From assembly GCF_028641065.1 (NCBI RefSeq), contig NC_073416.1, positions 7,750,001 to 7,814,000 of the forward strand: a stretch of DNA of 64,000 nt. The letters run 5' to 3'. Shown here one piece after another: positions 38,121 through 51,920 of the stretch. The position numbers and the translations under genes were made by a program. Position 1 is the first letter of the stretch. Each line of letters opens with the position of its first letter. Below the pieces are notes generated by a model. It was not told the origin of the DNA. It saw only the letters and a list, made by a program, of their open reading frames with translations, and ran no database searches. The DNA is from Leucoraja erinacea. Lineage: Eukaryota.

Positions 38121-38555
38121 CACAGAGTGCTGGAGTAACTCAGCGGGTCAGGCAGCATCTGTGGAGAACATGGATAGGTGACGTTTCACAGAGTGCTGGA
38201 GTAACTCAGCGGGTCAGGCAGCATCTGTGGAGAACATGGATAGGTGACGTTTCACAGAGTGCTGGAGTAACTCACAGATCTGTGGAGAACATGGATAGGT
38301 GACGTTTCACAGAGTGCTGGAGTAACTCAGCGGGTCAGGCAGCATCTGTGGAGAACATGGATAGGTGACGTTTCACAGAGTGCTGGAGTAACTCAGCGGG
38401 TCAGGCAGCATCTGTGGAGAACATGGATAGGTGACGTTTCAGGCCGGGACCCTTCTTCTCCCATGTTCTCTAGTGACGGTGCCTGACCCGCTGAATTACT
38501 CCAGTACTTTGTGTCCCTTTGTGTAAACCAGCATCTGTAGTTCCTCGTTTCTACT
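38121..38555. repeat. 66-bp tandem array (5 units, third internally deleted) of the PLE-derived arm, followed by an inverted arm
   Basis: Units start at 38121, 38187, 38253, 38308 and 38374. Confidence 0.92.
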
Positions 38556-39669
38556 GGAATCTATTTTGCTGTTTCTTATGTTGATCAGGCTGCTTATCAA
38601 ATTCCACAAAAAGTCACCTTACTCTACCATGGGCCAAACACTTCAGGAGAGAGGAAAGAACTGCCTGCGAAATAGACTATTTTGGATCCCTCTGAACAAA
38701 GTGATTACCAAAAAAAAGTAAACCAAAACTGCTCTGATGGATCCTTGGATTCTTTCCAATACTTTTACCAGGGTGTAGGTGGAACCCACAAAGTTCAAGT
38801 AGTTGACATCATGATCTATAATCACAATGCAAGAATCAATAGGATATATCTAATACTCACAATGAGGTTAATGGCGAGTGTCTTATTCAATATTCTCTGA
38901 CAAAGATTAAATGTACAAGAAAGTTGCACCTAAAAATTTAGTGATACAGCACGGAAACAGGCCCTTTAGTCCAACGAGTCCCCCCCGACCAGCGACCCCC
39001 CCTCCCCCCGCACATTGACACCATCCTACACACACTAGGGACAATTTACACTTATATCAATTCAAACCAATCAACCTGTGCGTCTTTGGAGTGTGGGAGG
39101 AAACCAAACGCACATGGTCACGGGGAAAATGTACAAACTCTGTACAGACAGCACCCGCACGTAGTTGGGATGGAACCCGTGTCTCTGGCACTAAGCGCTG
39201 TACGGCAGCAACTCTACCGCTGCGCCACCGTGCCGCCCACAGTGAAGTGATAAAGTTTCATAATAAAAGTGTCAACTATTAGGCGACAAGAACAGAAACT
39301 GCTGGAAATACTCAGTGGGTCAAGCAGCATCCGTAGCATCATTGGTTTTAATGAAGGTTCATGACCTGAAACATTAACTCGGTTCCTCGCTCCATTGAAG
39401 CTATCTAACCTGTTGGATAATTCCTGTTTATATTTCAGCACATTTCAGTAAATGGTGTACAGCAGATTAGTATGTTTATGTACTAGGTGCAAGTGTGCTG
39501 CACCAGAACAAGCGAGATTGGTATGTATAAAATGCACATGGACTTCTATATGTGGAGGCATAAGAATGCAATATTAAAGCTTCCACAATTACTTTTCAAT
39601 TTCCACTCGTAGTACATACACAAGTATGTTAACATCTAATGTACTTTCAAAACTGAATATTTGTTGAGA

Positions 39670-40135
39670 CACTGTTTAAGAAGGAACTGCAGATCTTGGA
39701 AAATCGAAGGTAGACAAATGTGCTGGAGAAACTCAGAGGGTGAGGCAACATCTATGGAGCGAAGGAAATAGACAATAGGTGCAGGAGTAGGCCATTCGAC
39801 CCTTCGAGACAGCGCCACCATTCAATGTGATCATGGCTGATCATCCCCAATCAGTACCCCGTTCCTGCCTTCTCCCCATATCCCCCGACTCCACTATTTT
39901 TAAGAGCCCTAGCTAGCTCACTCTTGAAAGCATTCAGAGAACCGGCCTCCACCGCCCTCTGAGGCAGAGAATTCCACAGACTCACCACTCTCTGTGAGAA
40001 AAAGTGTTTCCTCGTCTCCGTTCTAAATGGCTTACTCCTTATTCTTAAACTGTGTGTGTGGCCCCTGGTTCTGGACTCCCCCAACATCGGGAACATGTTT
40101 CCTGCCTCTAGCGTGTCCAAGGCCTTCTTCAGACC
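39670..40135 (-). mobile_element. PLE-derived arm interrupted by a CR1 3' fragment (39768-40120)
   Basis: Arm sequence resumes as ccttcttcagacc after the CR1 piece. Confidence 0.75.
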
Positions 40136-40639
40136 CTTTTGTTGAGACACATTCAGATTTTAACCAAATTTATCAGGTAGGAAATCGAAGAGTTTCACGC
40201 CAGTCCACCCATCATTCATCGTCTAATTTTATTCTCCACTGACTTCAAACGCACGGGTGTGCAGGAGGCAAAGAAATCTTGGTTGATTTGATCATGGTGT
40301 ATTCTTTACAAAAAAACAGTGATCTCAAAAGGCAGTGTTTTTGTGACAATATTATCTACAATATTGGAGCCGATCAAGAGCAAATAATAACCCAGTAAGT
40401 AGTAGCTAACATTGGCTGAAATGGGGAAATTCAGCAAACTTCTGATTTTTTTTTTTAAAGAGGAAGTGAGATCCCAAGAGCGTGGTACATTTGCACACAC
40501 ACACATGGCAAAGATTCAAGATAAATAACACATACAAATTGCTAGATACTGACGAGAGAATGGCTCAATAGTATGTCACATGTATTTGTTTTGAGGATGT
40601 GTGATGTTGAGGACCTTACTATTACAAATTCACTGAGGC

Positions 40640-40920
40640 ATTTCCCTCTCCCCCATTCCCTTCCATCCACTATCTCTTCCTCCGGCTTGACAATTCTCTC
40701 CTCCCTTCCTTATCTAACTTACTCCACCCATCTGCCAATCAACCCCCCTTCGCCTGCATCCACCACTTACTCTCACCTCTCGTTACCAGCTTTCTCCCCT
40801 CTACCCCATCAGTCTGAAGAAGGGTCCTGATCCAAAATGTCATCTGTCCATTTCACTCCACAGATGCTGAGTTCCCCCAGCACTGTCTTGCTTCCAGCAT
40901 ATGCAATCTCTTGTGTCTCC
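40640..40920 (+). mobile_element. Older PLE 3' end with a decayed hammerhead core
   Basis: CT-rich UTR followed by cagtctgaagaagggtcctgatccaaaatgtc. Confidence 0.65.
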
Positions 40921-41990
40921 TAGAGTTGAATTTCATTTTAAAAACTCAAGAGAATTTGTTCTATAGCTCAGAGAGTCCAGTGGCATAACTACCGTGCCAA
41001 CATTACTGTCCCCCCGATATTAAAAATATCCCATGCCACTGTAGAAGAGAGCAGAAAATTATTCTATCATTTAATTAACACTCTCAAAGCAGATTAACCC
41101 TGTTCTTAGGGCATTAGTGTGTGAAAATTGTAAAACAAAAATGACTTGACCCATTTGCCATGAAAAGCCTCACCATGCTCTGAGGTCAAGAATAATACAT
41201 AAATCTTATTTATCGATATGAGTGTATTAAAGCATGAAATGCACATTGTGTATCTCATGACATTCAAATTACAAGTCTTTGAACAAAGGAAATAGTCATT
41301 GAATTACAAGTCATTGAATCTACAAAACTTTCGAGAACGTCACAATTGCGTCACACAGGCACCAAGTACAATCTAATATTTTCTGAATAAAACCCAACTG
41401 AATAAAGTTGTCGACAAAATCAATTTAATTCTTGAAAGTGCACAGCCTGATAACCATCATAGTTCCTGTTTACTTACATCAAGTAAAGACTGATCTGCTG
41501 GTGACAACATATGAAACTGATACCTGGCCCATAATTGTGTGTAGTGGGTTAAATCAGATCAAATTAACTGTGCTTTGCTGAAATAAATGTCACTGTTTTC
41601 GGAAAATTTGGAGCAGATTACTTTCTGAAAATAACAGAAAGAACTTTCTCCCAAAATTATTTCAAGTAATCGCTCTAGAAATTCTATTGTACAGCAATCA
41701 AGTACACGATACATTCTTGACAGTCAATGGAAAATAGCTTCAGGCTCTCTGTGCATGCAGCATGGAGACAGCCAGAGATGTTTGTCTGTCATCTCTCTGA
41801 CGTTCAGTTGCTTGTCCATGACGTGGGCCATTCGTGCAGAATGAGTTTTTCACAGCAAATGCAACACCTGCTTCAATATGAGGTCAAAGAGGCATACCTA
41901 AGCAGGCCGAGGCTGCCAATCCAGTCTGTGCAATTGCTGACAGTTGGGCCTTGCCTCGGACTTCATACATTAAACCTGTATCAGTCGGTG

Positions 41991-42195
41991 TAGGAAGCAA
42001 CCTCAGATGCTGCTTTACACTGAAGATAGACAGAAAATGCTGGAGTAACTCAGTGGGCCAGGCAGCATTTCTGGAGAGAAGAAATGGGTGACATTTTGGG
42101 TTGAGATCCTCCGACCTGAAACGTCACCCATTCCTTCTCTCCAGAGATGCTGCCTGTCCCACTGAGTTACTCCAGCATTTTATCCAGTCTATCCT
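41991..42195. mobile_element. Fold-back PLE-derived element with 15-bp TSD (ctgtatcagtcggtg)
   Basis: Direct repeats at 41976-41990 and 42196-42210; inverted arms. Confidence 0.85.
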
Positions 42196-42333
42196 CTGTA
42201 TCAGTCGGTGGTGAGCAAGGATCATCTTGCATGCCCTGTTGTAGAAGGCATCGATGGGATCCTATGTAGACTATCAGCAACATTTGGCAGAATGCCTCCT
42301 TGCCAGAACTCACCAATGAGTACCAAGACATTG

Positions 42334-42538
42334 AAGGTAGACACAATTGCTGGAGAATCTCAGCGGGTGAGGCAGCATTTATGGAGCGAAGGAGATAGGC
42401 ATCGTTTCGGGCCAAAACCCTTCTTCAGACTCAAACTTCAGGTCTGAAGAAGGGTTTCGGCCCGAAATGTTGCTTATCTCCTTTGCTCCATAAATGCTGC
42501 CGCACCAGCTGAGTTTCTCCAGCAATTTTGTCTACCTC
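42334..42538. mobile_element. Fold-back PLE-derived element with two back-to-back hammerhead motifs
   Basis: About 95-bp inverted arms around an 11-nt spacer; a CTGAAGA..GAAA core on each strand. Confidence 0.85.
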
Positions 42539-45500
42539 CTCATAAATCTTCTCTGTATCCTTTCCAGATTGACCCCCCCCCCGTACTCATACAAAGGGGG
42601 ATATGCTGGCACCAACGTGCACAGAATGAAAGAGCTTTTCACACCAAAGCTTTTCACTGTACCTCAGTACACGTGACAACAAAACTCAACCATAGAGAGG
42701 TGCCACACACAGAATAGCCTGAATGCACATTAGACAAGTACAGGAGTGTCATGCAAATGTGACATCATTATATTAAAGTATAATTGTGCCTATGAATAGT
42801 AAGATTTTTACCGACCTGTAAGCAAAATAGGAATTTTACTGTACCTAGGTACATGTGAATTTTATTCCCTATCTCAAATTTTTGGGTGGTGAATTGTGCA
42901 ATCTGTAAGGGTGGATTGCTGTAGTTTCAAAATGTACTTCTTTGAATTTTACTGAAAATCTGCTAAACGAGTTCTTCACTGTGTACTGCATACCAGACAA
43001 TCTTTTTTCGAGTTCAGACATGACATGTTGGGTTACCTTTCCCCCTGTGAATATAATTTCATTCTTAGCATCTAAACAGAGATCCTGAATTCTATCCCCT
43101 CAAACGTTAGTGCTTATAAAAGTCATTTCATGATTGCAGCAGCCTTGTCAAAGCTAAATGTTTCAAGTTAAAAGGCACAATGTGCACACTGAACTTTGGC
43201 GAGGTCTAAAACATAAAGCAGTGCAACACAGGCACGGGCCCTTCACTCCACAATGGTCTCATCAAACATGATGCCAAGTTAAACCGGTCTCATCTGCCCG
43301 TACATAATCCCTGCACATCTGTGTGCCGTTCCAAAAGCTTCTTAAATGCCACTACTGTATCTGCTAGGGTGGCTTTATTCATTTGATCCGAGGGTCACTG
43401 ACTGAAGAGAGCGCTTGAGCTATTTTCACTTCGATGTTTTATTAAATTATTTTGTGTTATTTTTAAATTATTTAAATCTGTGTGAATAGTTTTAAATGGA
43501 GCAGAGTTATTCAATAACGATTTAAATTCATTGCCAGCCAGTGAGCTATCAAAGGCTTCCAGGACTTCTAGCCTTCGACCCAAAGAGGGGCAGGCACAGT
43601 GGCGCAGATGTACAGTTGCTGCCTTACAGCAGTAGAGCTCCAGGTTCGATCCCGACTACGGGTGCTGTCTGTACGGAGTTTGTACGTTCTCCCCATGAGT
43701 TTTCTCAGAGAACTTCGGTTTCCTCTCATACTCCAAAGACGTACAGGTTTGCAGGTTAACTGGCTTGGTGTAAATGTAAATTGTTCCTAGTGTGTGTGTA
43801 GGGTAGTGTTAATGTGCGGGGATCACTGGTCGGTGCAGACTCGGTGGGTCGAAGGGCCTGTTTCCACGCTGTATCTCTAAACTGAAAAAAACTATAAGCT
43901 TACATAGAAACATAGAAAATAGGTGTAGGAGTAGGCCATTCGGCCCTTCGAGCCTGCACCACCATTCAATATGATCATGGCTGATCAGAGCACCATCTGC
44001 ATTGCTGCATTTCTGCTGTGTCATCTCACTCATCCCCATGCATTCAGAAAAAAAAGCTAAATACAGGCAATTAGGCAGGAACTGCAGGGGTCCACATCAG
44101 GTTGTGCTGTTTTTCCGATCTGACTGCATGATGGGACAGTCTACATCTCGGGAGGCACTGGTAATGCTTGCAGCTCATCCAAGAGGAAACTATTTTTTTG
44201 TTTTACAAACTACATTAAGAAACACTTTTTTGATGCAAAACAGGAAAGAGTTATCAATTCATTTTAACACATCCTTATCTTACTTTAAAAACAGTCTGCA
44301 TAATTCAGAGGGCTGCAGGCTTGTTTCCACAAGTTTAACCAGTGTCACTTTGAAATCCACCTCCATTCCTCCATGCTCCTGCTTCAACACAAGAACCCAA
44401 TAGCAGGAGGCCATTCAGCCTCTCCTGCCTGCCCCCTCATTCAACGTGATTTTCTACCTTGATGCCATTTGCCTGCACTACCCCTCAGTTCCATTCATAT
44501 TCAAAAATCTATCAAGTTCTGTCTCTCATATACATAGCAAGTGAGTCTCTGCAGCACCTGGGTAAAACATGTAAAAGTCCTACTGCCCTTTGGAGAAGAG
44601 ATTTCATCTCATCTCAGTGATGAATGACTAATTCCTTTGTACATTTCAATGCGAATGTCTCATTCTTCCAAACTCTAGACAGTACAGGGCCAGTCAGCTT
44701 AATCGTCACCTTGTGCAGCAAAGCTGCCATCTTAGGAATCAACCTGGTGGTCCTTATTTGTCTCTGTCAAACTCTTTCTTAGATAGTGCAACCAGATCTG
44801 TACACTATGTTGAAGACATTCAGATCAGATCAGACATCTCTACTCCTGTGGTCAAATCTTCTTGCAATAAGAGCAAAATATTTACATTCCTAAATATTTG
44901 CTGAACATTCACTGATCATTGTGGCCCACCCAGGCCCTTTTTCACCACCAAACACCTTTCAATCTTTCTCGGGGGGGGGTGATCTCATTGAAACATATAA
45001 GATTGTTAAGGGCTTGGACACGCTAGAGGCAGGAAACATGTTCCTGATGTTGGGGGAGCCCAGAACCAGGGGCCACAGTTTAAGAATAAGGGGTCGGCCA
45101 TTTAGAACGGAGACGAGGAAACACTTTTTCTCACAGAGAGTTGTGAGTCTGTGGAATTCTCTGTCTGTGGAGGCCGGTTCTCTGGATGCTTTCAAGAGAG
45201 AGCTAGATAGGGCTCTTAAAGATAACGGAGTCATGGGGATATGGGGAGAAGGCAGGAACGGGGTACTGATTGGGGATGATCAGCCATGATCACATTGATC
45301 ACATGATCACATCCAGCAGTGCAAGGAATGAGACCTCCCCAATCCCTATCCTAACCCAGCACAATCCATCCAGCAAACTCATCAAGCATAAACTTACCAC
45401 GGAGATAGACAAAAAATGCTCTAGCATTTCGGGTCTGAAGGGTCTCGATCCTAAACGTCACCCATTCCTTCTCTCCAGAGATGCTGCCTGGCCCGCTGAG

Positions 45501-46760
45501 TTACTCCAGCTTTTTGTGTCTATCTTCCGTTTAAACCCGCATCTGCAGTTCCTTCGTACATAAAACTTACCACTTTAAGAGCTCTTGCGTTTTATACCTT
45601 CTTAACACAAAGAGCTGATAAACAGATGACTTATTTTACAGTGTAGGAAGGAACTGCAGATGCTGGTTTAAACCAAAGATGGACACAAAATGCTGGAGTA
45701 ACTCAGCGGGACAGGCAGCATCTCTGGAGAGAATTAATGGGTGACATTTCTGGTCGAGACCCTTCTTCAGATGCTTTTACAGCTTGCCCTCACTAGATTG
45801 GACACGGAATTATCTGACATTGTCATGCAACATTGTTTTTAACAGTGCCGTTGCCAAACCTTTGAAGCGCAGAAATGTATATCAGTTGGTTGCCTGGCAT
45901 TGCAGTCCAGTCCAGTAACTTGAATTTAAGTATGCCACACTGTCTGTTGGGGATTGTGTATGCATTAACCTTTGAAGTTCCTCATCATATCTCTCAGCAA
46001 ATAGGTTATTGCAATAGCAAAATGCGTGATAGCAACAGGAAGTCCTCAAACTAAATTAGTTACAAAAACACACATCACTTGCTATAAGCATAATATGCCA
46101 GATGGTTTAAATTAGACGTTTTGGGCAACGTGAAGTGCAATAATAGCAGAAAAATCTAATATTGATGAAATAGTCCAAGATAAATATTAATTAAATCCAG
46201 AACAGAAAAATAATATTAACTTTCCTAGTTTAAAACATGTTGATATTAATTAATCTTAGAGCATATATGATATTTGAAAACAAACATTACGAACCCTTGT
46301 ATTTCATTATTGCTTCATTTTTGTCTTGGGAATCTGTTTGATCAGAAGAGAGGAGAAAGCTTCGCTCTTACAAACAATATCCACACTACAGCGTGGAAAC
46401 AGGCCCTTCGGCTCACCGAGTCCGCATAGACCAGCAATCCCTGTATATTAACACTATCCTACACATACTAGGGACTATCTACCAAACCAATTCAACTACA
46501 AACCTGTATGTCTTTGTAGAGTGGGAGGAAAAGCGAAGATCTCGGAGGAAACCCACGTGGTCACGGGGAGAAGGTACAAACTCCGTGCCGGATCGCTGAA
46601 GAATCAAGACCACCCCAAAACAGTTAATCAACAGCAATTCAGATGCTGCTTGTGATGGTGAGCTCCAAACCATTGTTAACTCCAGCACTGAAGCAAAGGA
46701 CTGACTCAAACTAAACACCCAGAATTCACATGGTAAGCTTCTGGCAAGAAAACTAGACTT

Positions 46761-47450
46761 AGGGCCTGTACGAGGTAATTCAAGAGTTCTCCCGAGTTTC
46801 CCCTGATTCGAACTCGGAGAATTACGGTAATGGCCGTTTGTAGGTACTCGGGGCTCTCGTGGACATTTTTCACACTGTTGAAAAATCTTCACGAGCTTAC
46901 CGCGTTTCCCCGAGTACCTGTCGTTAAGGTCCTGTCCCACGAGCATGCGACTCCATGCGGCAAGCGCGACCTAAAGGGCCTGTCCCACGAGCATGCGACT
47001 GCATGCGGCGAGCGCGACCAAACCAGAAGCGGGGGCCGCGCGGAGGTCGAGTGCGCGACATGAAGTTCGAGCGAAGTCCGCGGGAAGTTCGCGCGTGACG
47101 TACGCGTGAGGCGCTGCGTACGGCGTCGAGGCGGCTGCGGGCCGGCAGGCCGTTGCCGCGCGGATTTTTTGAACACGGTCAGTTTTTCGGAGCCCCCCGC
47201 GCACGATGTCGGGACCAGCTCCGCACAACTCCATACGGCTCCGGCGATCAAAGTGGGACCGGCCCCGCGAGGCCGTACGGCTCAAACGACCACGTTAGGT
47301 CGCACTTGCCGCATGGAGTCGCATGCTCGTGGTACAGGCCCTTCAGCGTTACGAGCCGCTAAGAGACTTCCCGAGCTCTGACGTACATTCTACGTACTTA
47401 CTGCGAATTTGATTTTTTTTCAAACTCGGGAGAGCTCTTGGGTAAACTCG
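46761..47450. mobile_element. Harbinger-like MITE (same family as 37269-37569) containing a nested MITE at 46927-47342
   Basis: Outer sequence is colinear with the 37.3-kb copy; inner element has 48-bp TIRs and a tta/tca TSD. Confidence 0.88.
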
Positions 47451-50400
47451 TGGGCGGCTCGATTGTAATCACGTATTGTCTGGTTAGCATACAATTAAGC
47501 TTTTCACTCTACATCGGTACGTGCGACAATAAACAAAACTGAACGTCATCTGGGCCAACTTTGTACTAACCATTTATTTTGGGCGACTGAATCCAGGTAT
47601 ACACTTTATTGCTGTTTGCATGCAATTGATGCTGCTGTCTATACTGCTCCCTCTCACAAGTCGTGCAAAACCTCTGGCCCCCAGGAAGGCTGGGGCACTG
47701 GCATTTCAAAAAAAAGTTCTTAGAAACTTTCTGAAATGAGAGTAATTGAAAGAGAAACTTGAGAGCTCCAGTTTAAAGCAACAACACCCTTGTCTCACTC
47801 TCTAATCAGGCAGTTTCAGCAGTGGCACTTCCAGTAAAACTCTACGCAAGAAACCTCAGAAAGTAAAGCACAACAGTACCTTAGACACAAAATGCTGGAG
47901 TAACTCAGCATTGTAAAACATTGTATATCTGCCCCAAAAGCATAAAGGTAATAATACAGAGACAGTGGAAGCAGCAACAGATAGTGCAAGAATGCATACA
48001 AATTGCAGAACCCAAACAAAATTCCTGAAAAGCTCATCATACAAAACTCAAATGAGACTCAAAAGAAATACTTCCTTCATGACAACTTTTCCTCAAGGGT
48101 CTGTCCCACATACGCGACCTTTTCGGCAACTGCCGGGACAGGCAGCATCAGTGGAGAGAATGGGTGACGTTTTGGGACCTTTCTTCAGACTGAAGGGTCT
48201 TGACCCGAAACATCACCCATTCCTTCTCTCCAGAGATGCTGCCTGTCCCACCCGCTGAGTTACTCCAGCATCTTAGGTTTAAACCAGCATCTGAAGCTCC
48301 TTCCTACACAACAGCACTTTCTTCTTTTAGCAAATTATCCAGCTAATTAAATAGAGTAAAACTTGAGTGGAAGCAGAACATGTTTAAACCTTCAGGTTCA
48401 GCACAGGTTGTAAAACTGCATTCACTTTTCAACCTCAGATCCTCCTGCACAGGGCCAGTTTTGAACGTGGGTGGAGTGCATCCTGGACAGAAAGGTTTGC
48501 ATTTCAATCTGAAATTATTGTGTGCACGAAAAGTAAATAAACGTATTTTCTTAAAACAGGAACTGCAGACGTTCTGTGGGGAAGGGTCGCATTTAAGGAC
48601 CTCCTGTCACGGCACATACACTATAAAATATGACCATGCATTGCCCCAAAAGGGACAAAGCAGGAGAAACATAAAAGAAACAAGTCATTCATACTCAAGG
48701 GAGTAAAACATTGTATATCTGCCCCAAAAGCATAAAGTTACATAATACAGAGACAGTGGAAGCAGCAACAGATAGTGCAAGAATGCATACAAATTGCAGA
48801 ACCCAAACAAAATTCCTGAAAAGCTCATCATACAAAACTCAAATGAGACTCAAAAGAAATACTTCCTTCATGACAACTTTTCCTCGAGGGCCTGTCCCAC
48901 ATACATGACCTTTTGGGCGATTGCTGGCATCCGTCATAGGTTGCCGAAAAATTTCAACATGTTGAAAATTCAGCGGCGACCAGAAAGACACCACGCCTCT
49001 TTGGGTGACTAGACCTCTCACGACATGTCACGGGGTGTCACTCACCAGGGAGCTTGTCGCCAGGGGGTCACCTGTATGGTTGTGAGAGGTCACCAGGGGT
49101 CGCCTGCATGGTCGTGAGGGGACACTTTAATCCAGTGTAGTACCACTGACAACCTTCTAAAATGTCAAAGAGTCCAAAAGGCCTTTTGTTGCAAATTCTT
49201 TTTTAAAACTCTTATGCACATGGGGCAGCACGGTGGCGCAGCGGTAGAGTTGCTGCCTCACAGCGCCAGAGATCCGGGTTCCATCCTGACTACGGGTGCT
49301 GTCTGTACAGAGTTTGTACATTCTCCCCGTGACCTGCGTGGGCTTTCTCGGAGATCTTCGGTTTATTCCACACTGCAAAGACGTACAGGGTTGTAGGTTA
49401 ATTGGCTTGGTATAAATGTAAATTGTCCCTAGTGTGTATTGGACAGTGTAAGTGTGCAGGGATCACTAGCCCTGTGGGCTGAAGGGCCTGTTTCCGTGCT
49501 GTATCTCGAAACTAAACACACAAGAGTTTTTAAAATGGGCTTTTCCTGGAGATTTTGTCAAAATATTTTCTTTGAGCACCAGGCAAAAAGAGATTCAAAA
49601 GAGACTCTGGCAAGCATGTGAATATTATAACATTTGTTGCTTTCCTTGTGGGCCTGAAGAATGACGTAGTAGGCTCTTCTGGGCTCCAGGTAGGCACCTT
49701 ACTTTCTTGCTGCATGCACCCACAACATGGTCCTTCCAATTCCATCCCTTCCAAACATTCACCCAAGTATCAGCATTTGTTCCTTCATATCTCCATGTTC
49801 CAATCCTGTGGCTCAACAATCTGAACTGGCCAGTTAATGCTTCTCACCGGGTTCAGGCGAGAGGCAACATTCTCTGCCACAGAAGGCAGTGGAGGCCAAT
49901 TCACTGGATGTTTTCAATTCAAGTTAGATTTAGCTCTTTGGGCTAAGGGAATCAAGGGATATGGGGAGAAGGCAGGAACGGGGTACTGATTTTGGATGGT
50001 CAGCTATGATCATAATGGCGGTGCTGGCTCGAAGGGTTGAATGGCCTACTCTTGCACCTATTTTCTACGTTTCTAAAATGCTGAAAATGTATCAATGCCA
50101 CAAGGTCAAAAGGTACAGAAATGTGGGAACGCACACCTCCAGATTCAGAGACAGTTTATTCCCAGCTGTTATCAGGCAACTGAACCATCCTACCACAACT
50201 AGAGAGCAGTGCTGAACTACTATCTACCTCATTGGAGATCCTCAGCCTATCTTTGATCAGACTTTACTGGCTTTATCTTGCACTAAACATTATTCACATT
50301 GTTCCCAGTATCCTGTATCCGTACACTGTGAACGGCTCGATTGTAATCGTGTATTGTCTTTCCACTGACTGGTTAGCACGCAACAAATGCTCTTCACTGT

Positions 50401-51374
50401 ACCTCGGTATACGTGACAATAAACTGAACTCAAACACAAAACTAAGGAGCAGGATGAACGAGAAGAACTATAAAAGCCTGTAGAAAGAAAGACAATAATG
50501 GGAACAAACAACCTGATGTAATTTAAGGTACAAATGTAGTTTGATTCAGCTGTACAAGGGTCAATAATTTGGTTTGCAGAAAATACAGTACAAGGAACAA
50601 ATACATTTTTGTTATAGAAGGAATATTTGAAGCCAAAAAAGAGCCATCGAGGTTACCAAAGATGTCAAACTAGTTATGAGGATAGATTTGAGACAATGAG
50701 ACTGTTCCCACTTGAGTAGAGAAGATTGAGAGGAAATTTAACAGAGGCTTTTAAAATAATTAAACATTTCAATAGAGTGACTAAGGAAAAAAACTGCTTC
50801 CTGTGGTTAAGGACAGTGACAAAGGAATTTTTACTTGACATTTTATATTAAGTAACAAGAAGAAATGAGTTTGTTCAGAATTGTAAGGGCATCCGATAAT
50901 TTGGCATGGGGGTGTTTGAAACAGAAACTATGGCTTTGTTTAAGGAAATATTATTTCAAACACAAAAGAGGGCTATTGTGCAGTGGGATTACTTTTAAAT
51001 TGTTCCATCGAAGACCTAGCATGGACACACACAATAACCAAATTGCTGTCTCCGATGTTCTAGACCAATATTTCAGATATTTAAAAAGGGGTATACCACA
51101 AATACATTTTTTAAATCTTAATTTGGGGCCAGTATTATTTCTAAAAACATTAAAACTTGTGTACATAAACACTGTGTGAGTGAAGAGATTATAGTTCATT
51201 GCTTCCTGTATTTTGCACTGTGTTTGATCTCTGCAATGGCACTCATGGCTTCCTGTTGCAAAAGTACAGTTAACAAATCTGTTGCCATCCCCAGCGCACA
51301 GAACCAGGCATTTGACTGTTATGCAATGCCTTGAGATGATCCAGCAGCTTCACAATAACATTTACAGGATCTAT

Positions 51375-51920
51375 GGAAACGAGAGTATTGTGTTCAATTC
51401 TGGACACTGTGTTATAGGAAAGATATTGTCAAGCTGGAAAGGGTACAGAGAAGATTTACGAGGATGTCGATAGGACTCGAGGGGCCTGAGCTCCAGGGAG
51501 AGGTTGGGGCAGGGCTGGGACTCTATTCCTTGGAGCGCAGGAGGATGAGGGGAGATGTTATAGAGGTGTACAAAATCATGAGGGGAATAGATCGGGTAGA
51601 TGCACAGAGTCTCTTGCCCAGAGTAGGGGAATCGAGGACCAGAGGACATAGGTTCAAGGTGAAGGGGAAAAGATTCAATAGGAATCTGAGGGGTAACTTT
51701 TTCACACAAAGGGTGGCGGGTGTATGGAACAAGCTGCCAGAGGAGGTAGTTGAGGCTGAGACTATCCCATTGTTTAAGAAGCAGTTAGACAGGTACATGG
51801 ATAGGACAGGTTTGGAGGGAAATGGGCAGGTGGGACTAGTGTAGCTGGGACAGGTTGGCCGGTGTGGGCAAGTTGGGCCGAAGGGCCTGTTTGCAAACCT
51901 GTTTGCTCTATGACCATGAC
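51375..51920 (+). mobile_element. CR1-type LINE 3' fragment
   Basis: ORF 51464-51844 ([14 protein letters not shown]...WNKLPEEVVEA) plus 3'UTR. Confidence 0.9.

Noticed and set aside
38121-38439. CRISPR-like appearance of regular repeats (also 18566-18756)
   Set aside because: Units are head-to-tail with no unique spacers, derive from a retroelement arm, and the context is a eukaryotic intron with no cas genes.
46830-47381. Cluster of GC-rich overlapping ORFs
   Set aside because: They lie inside nested MITEs; the open frames reflect high GC and show no transposase motifs.
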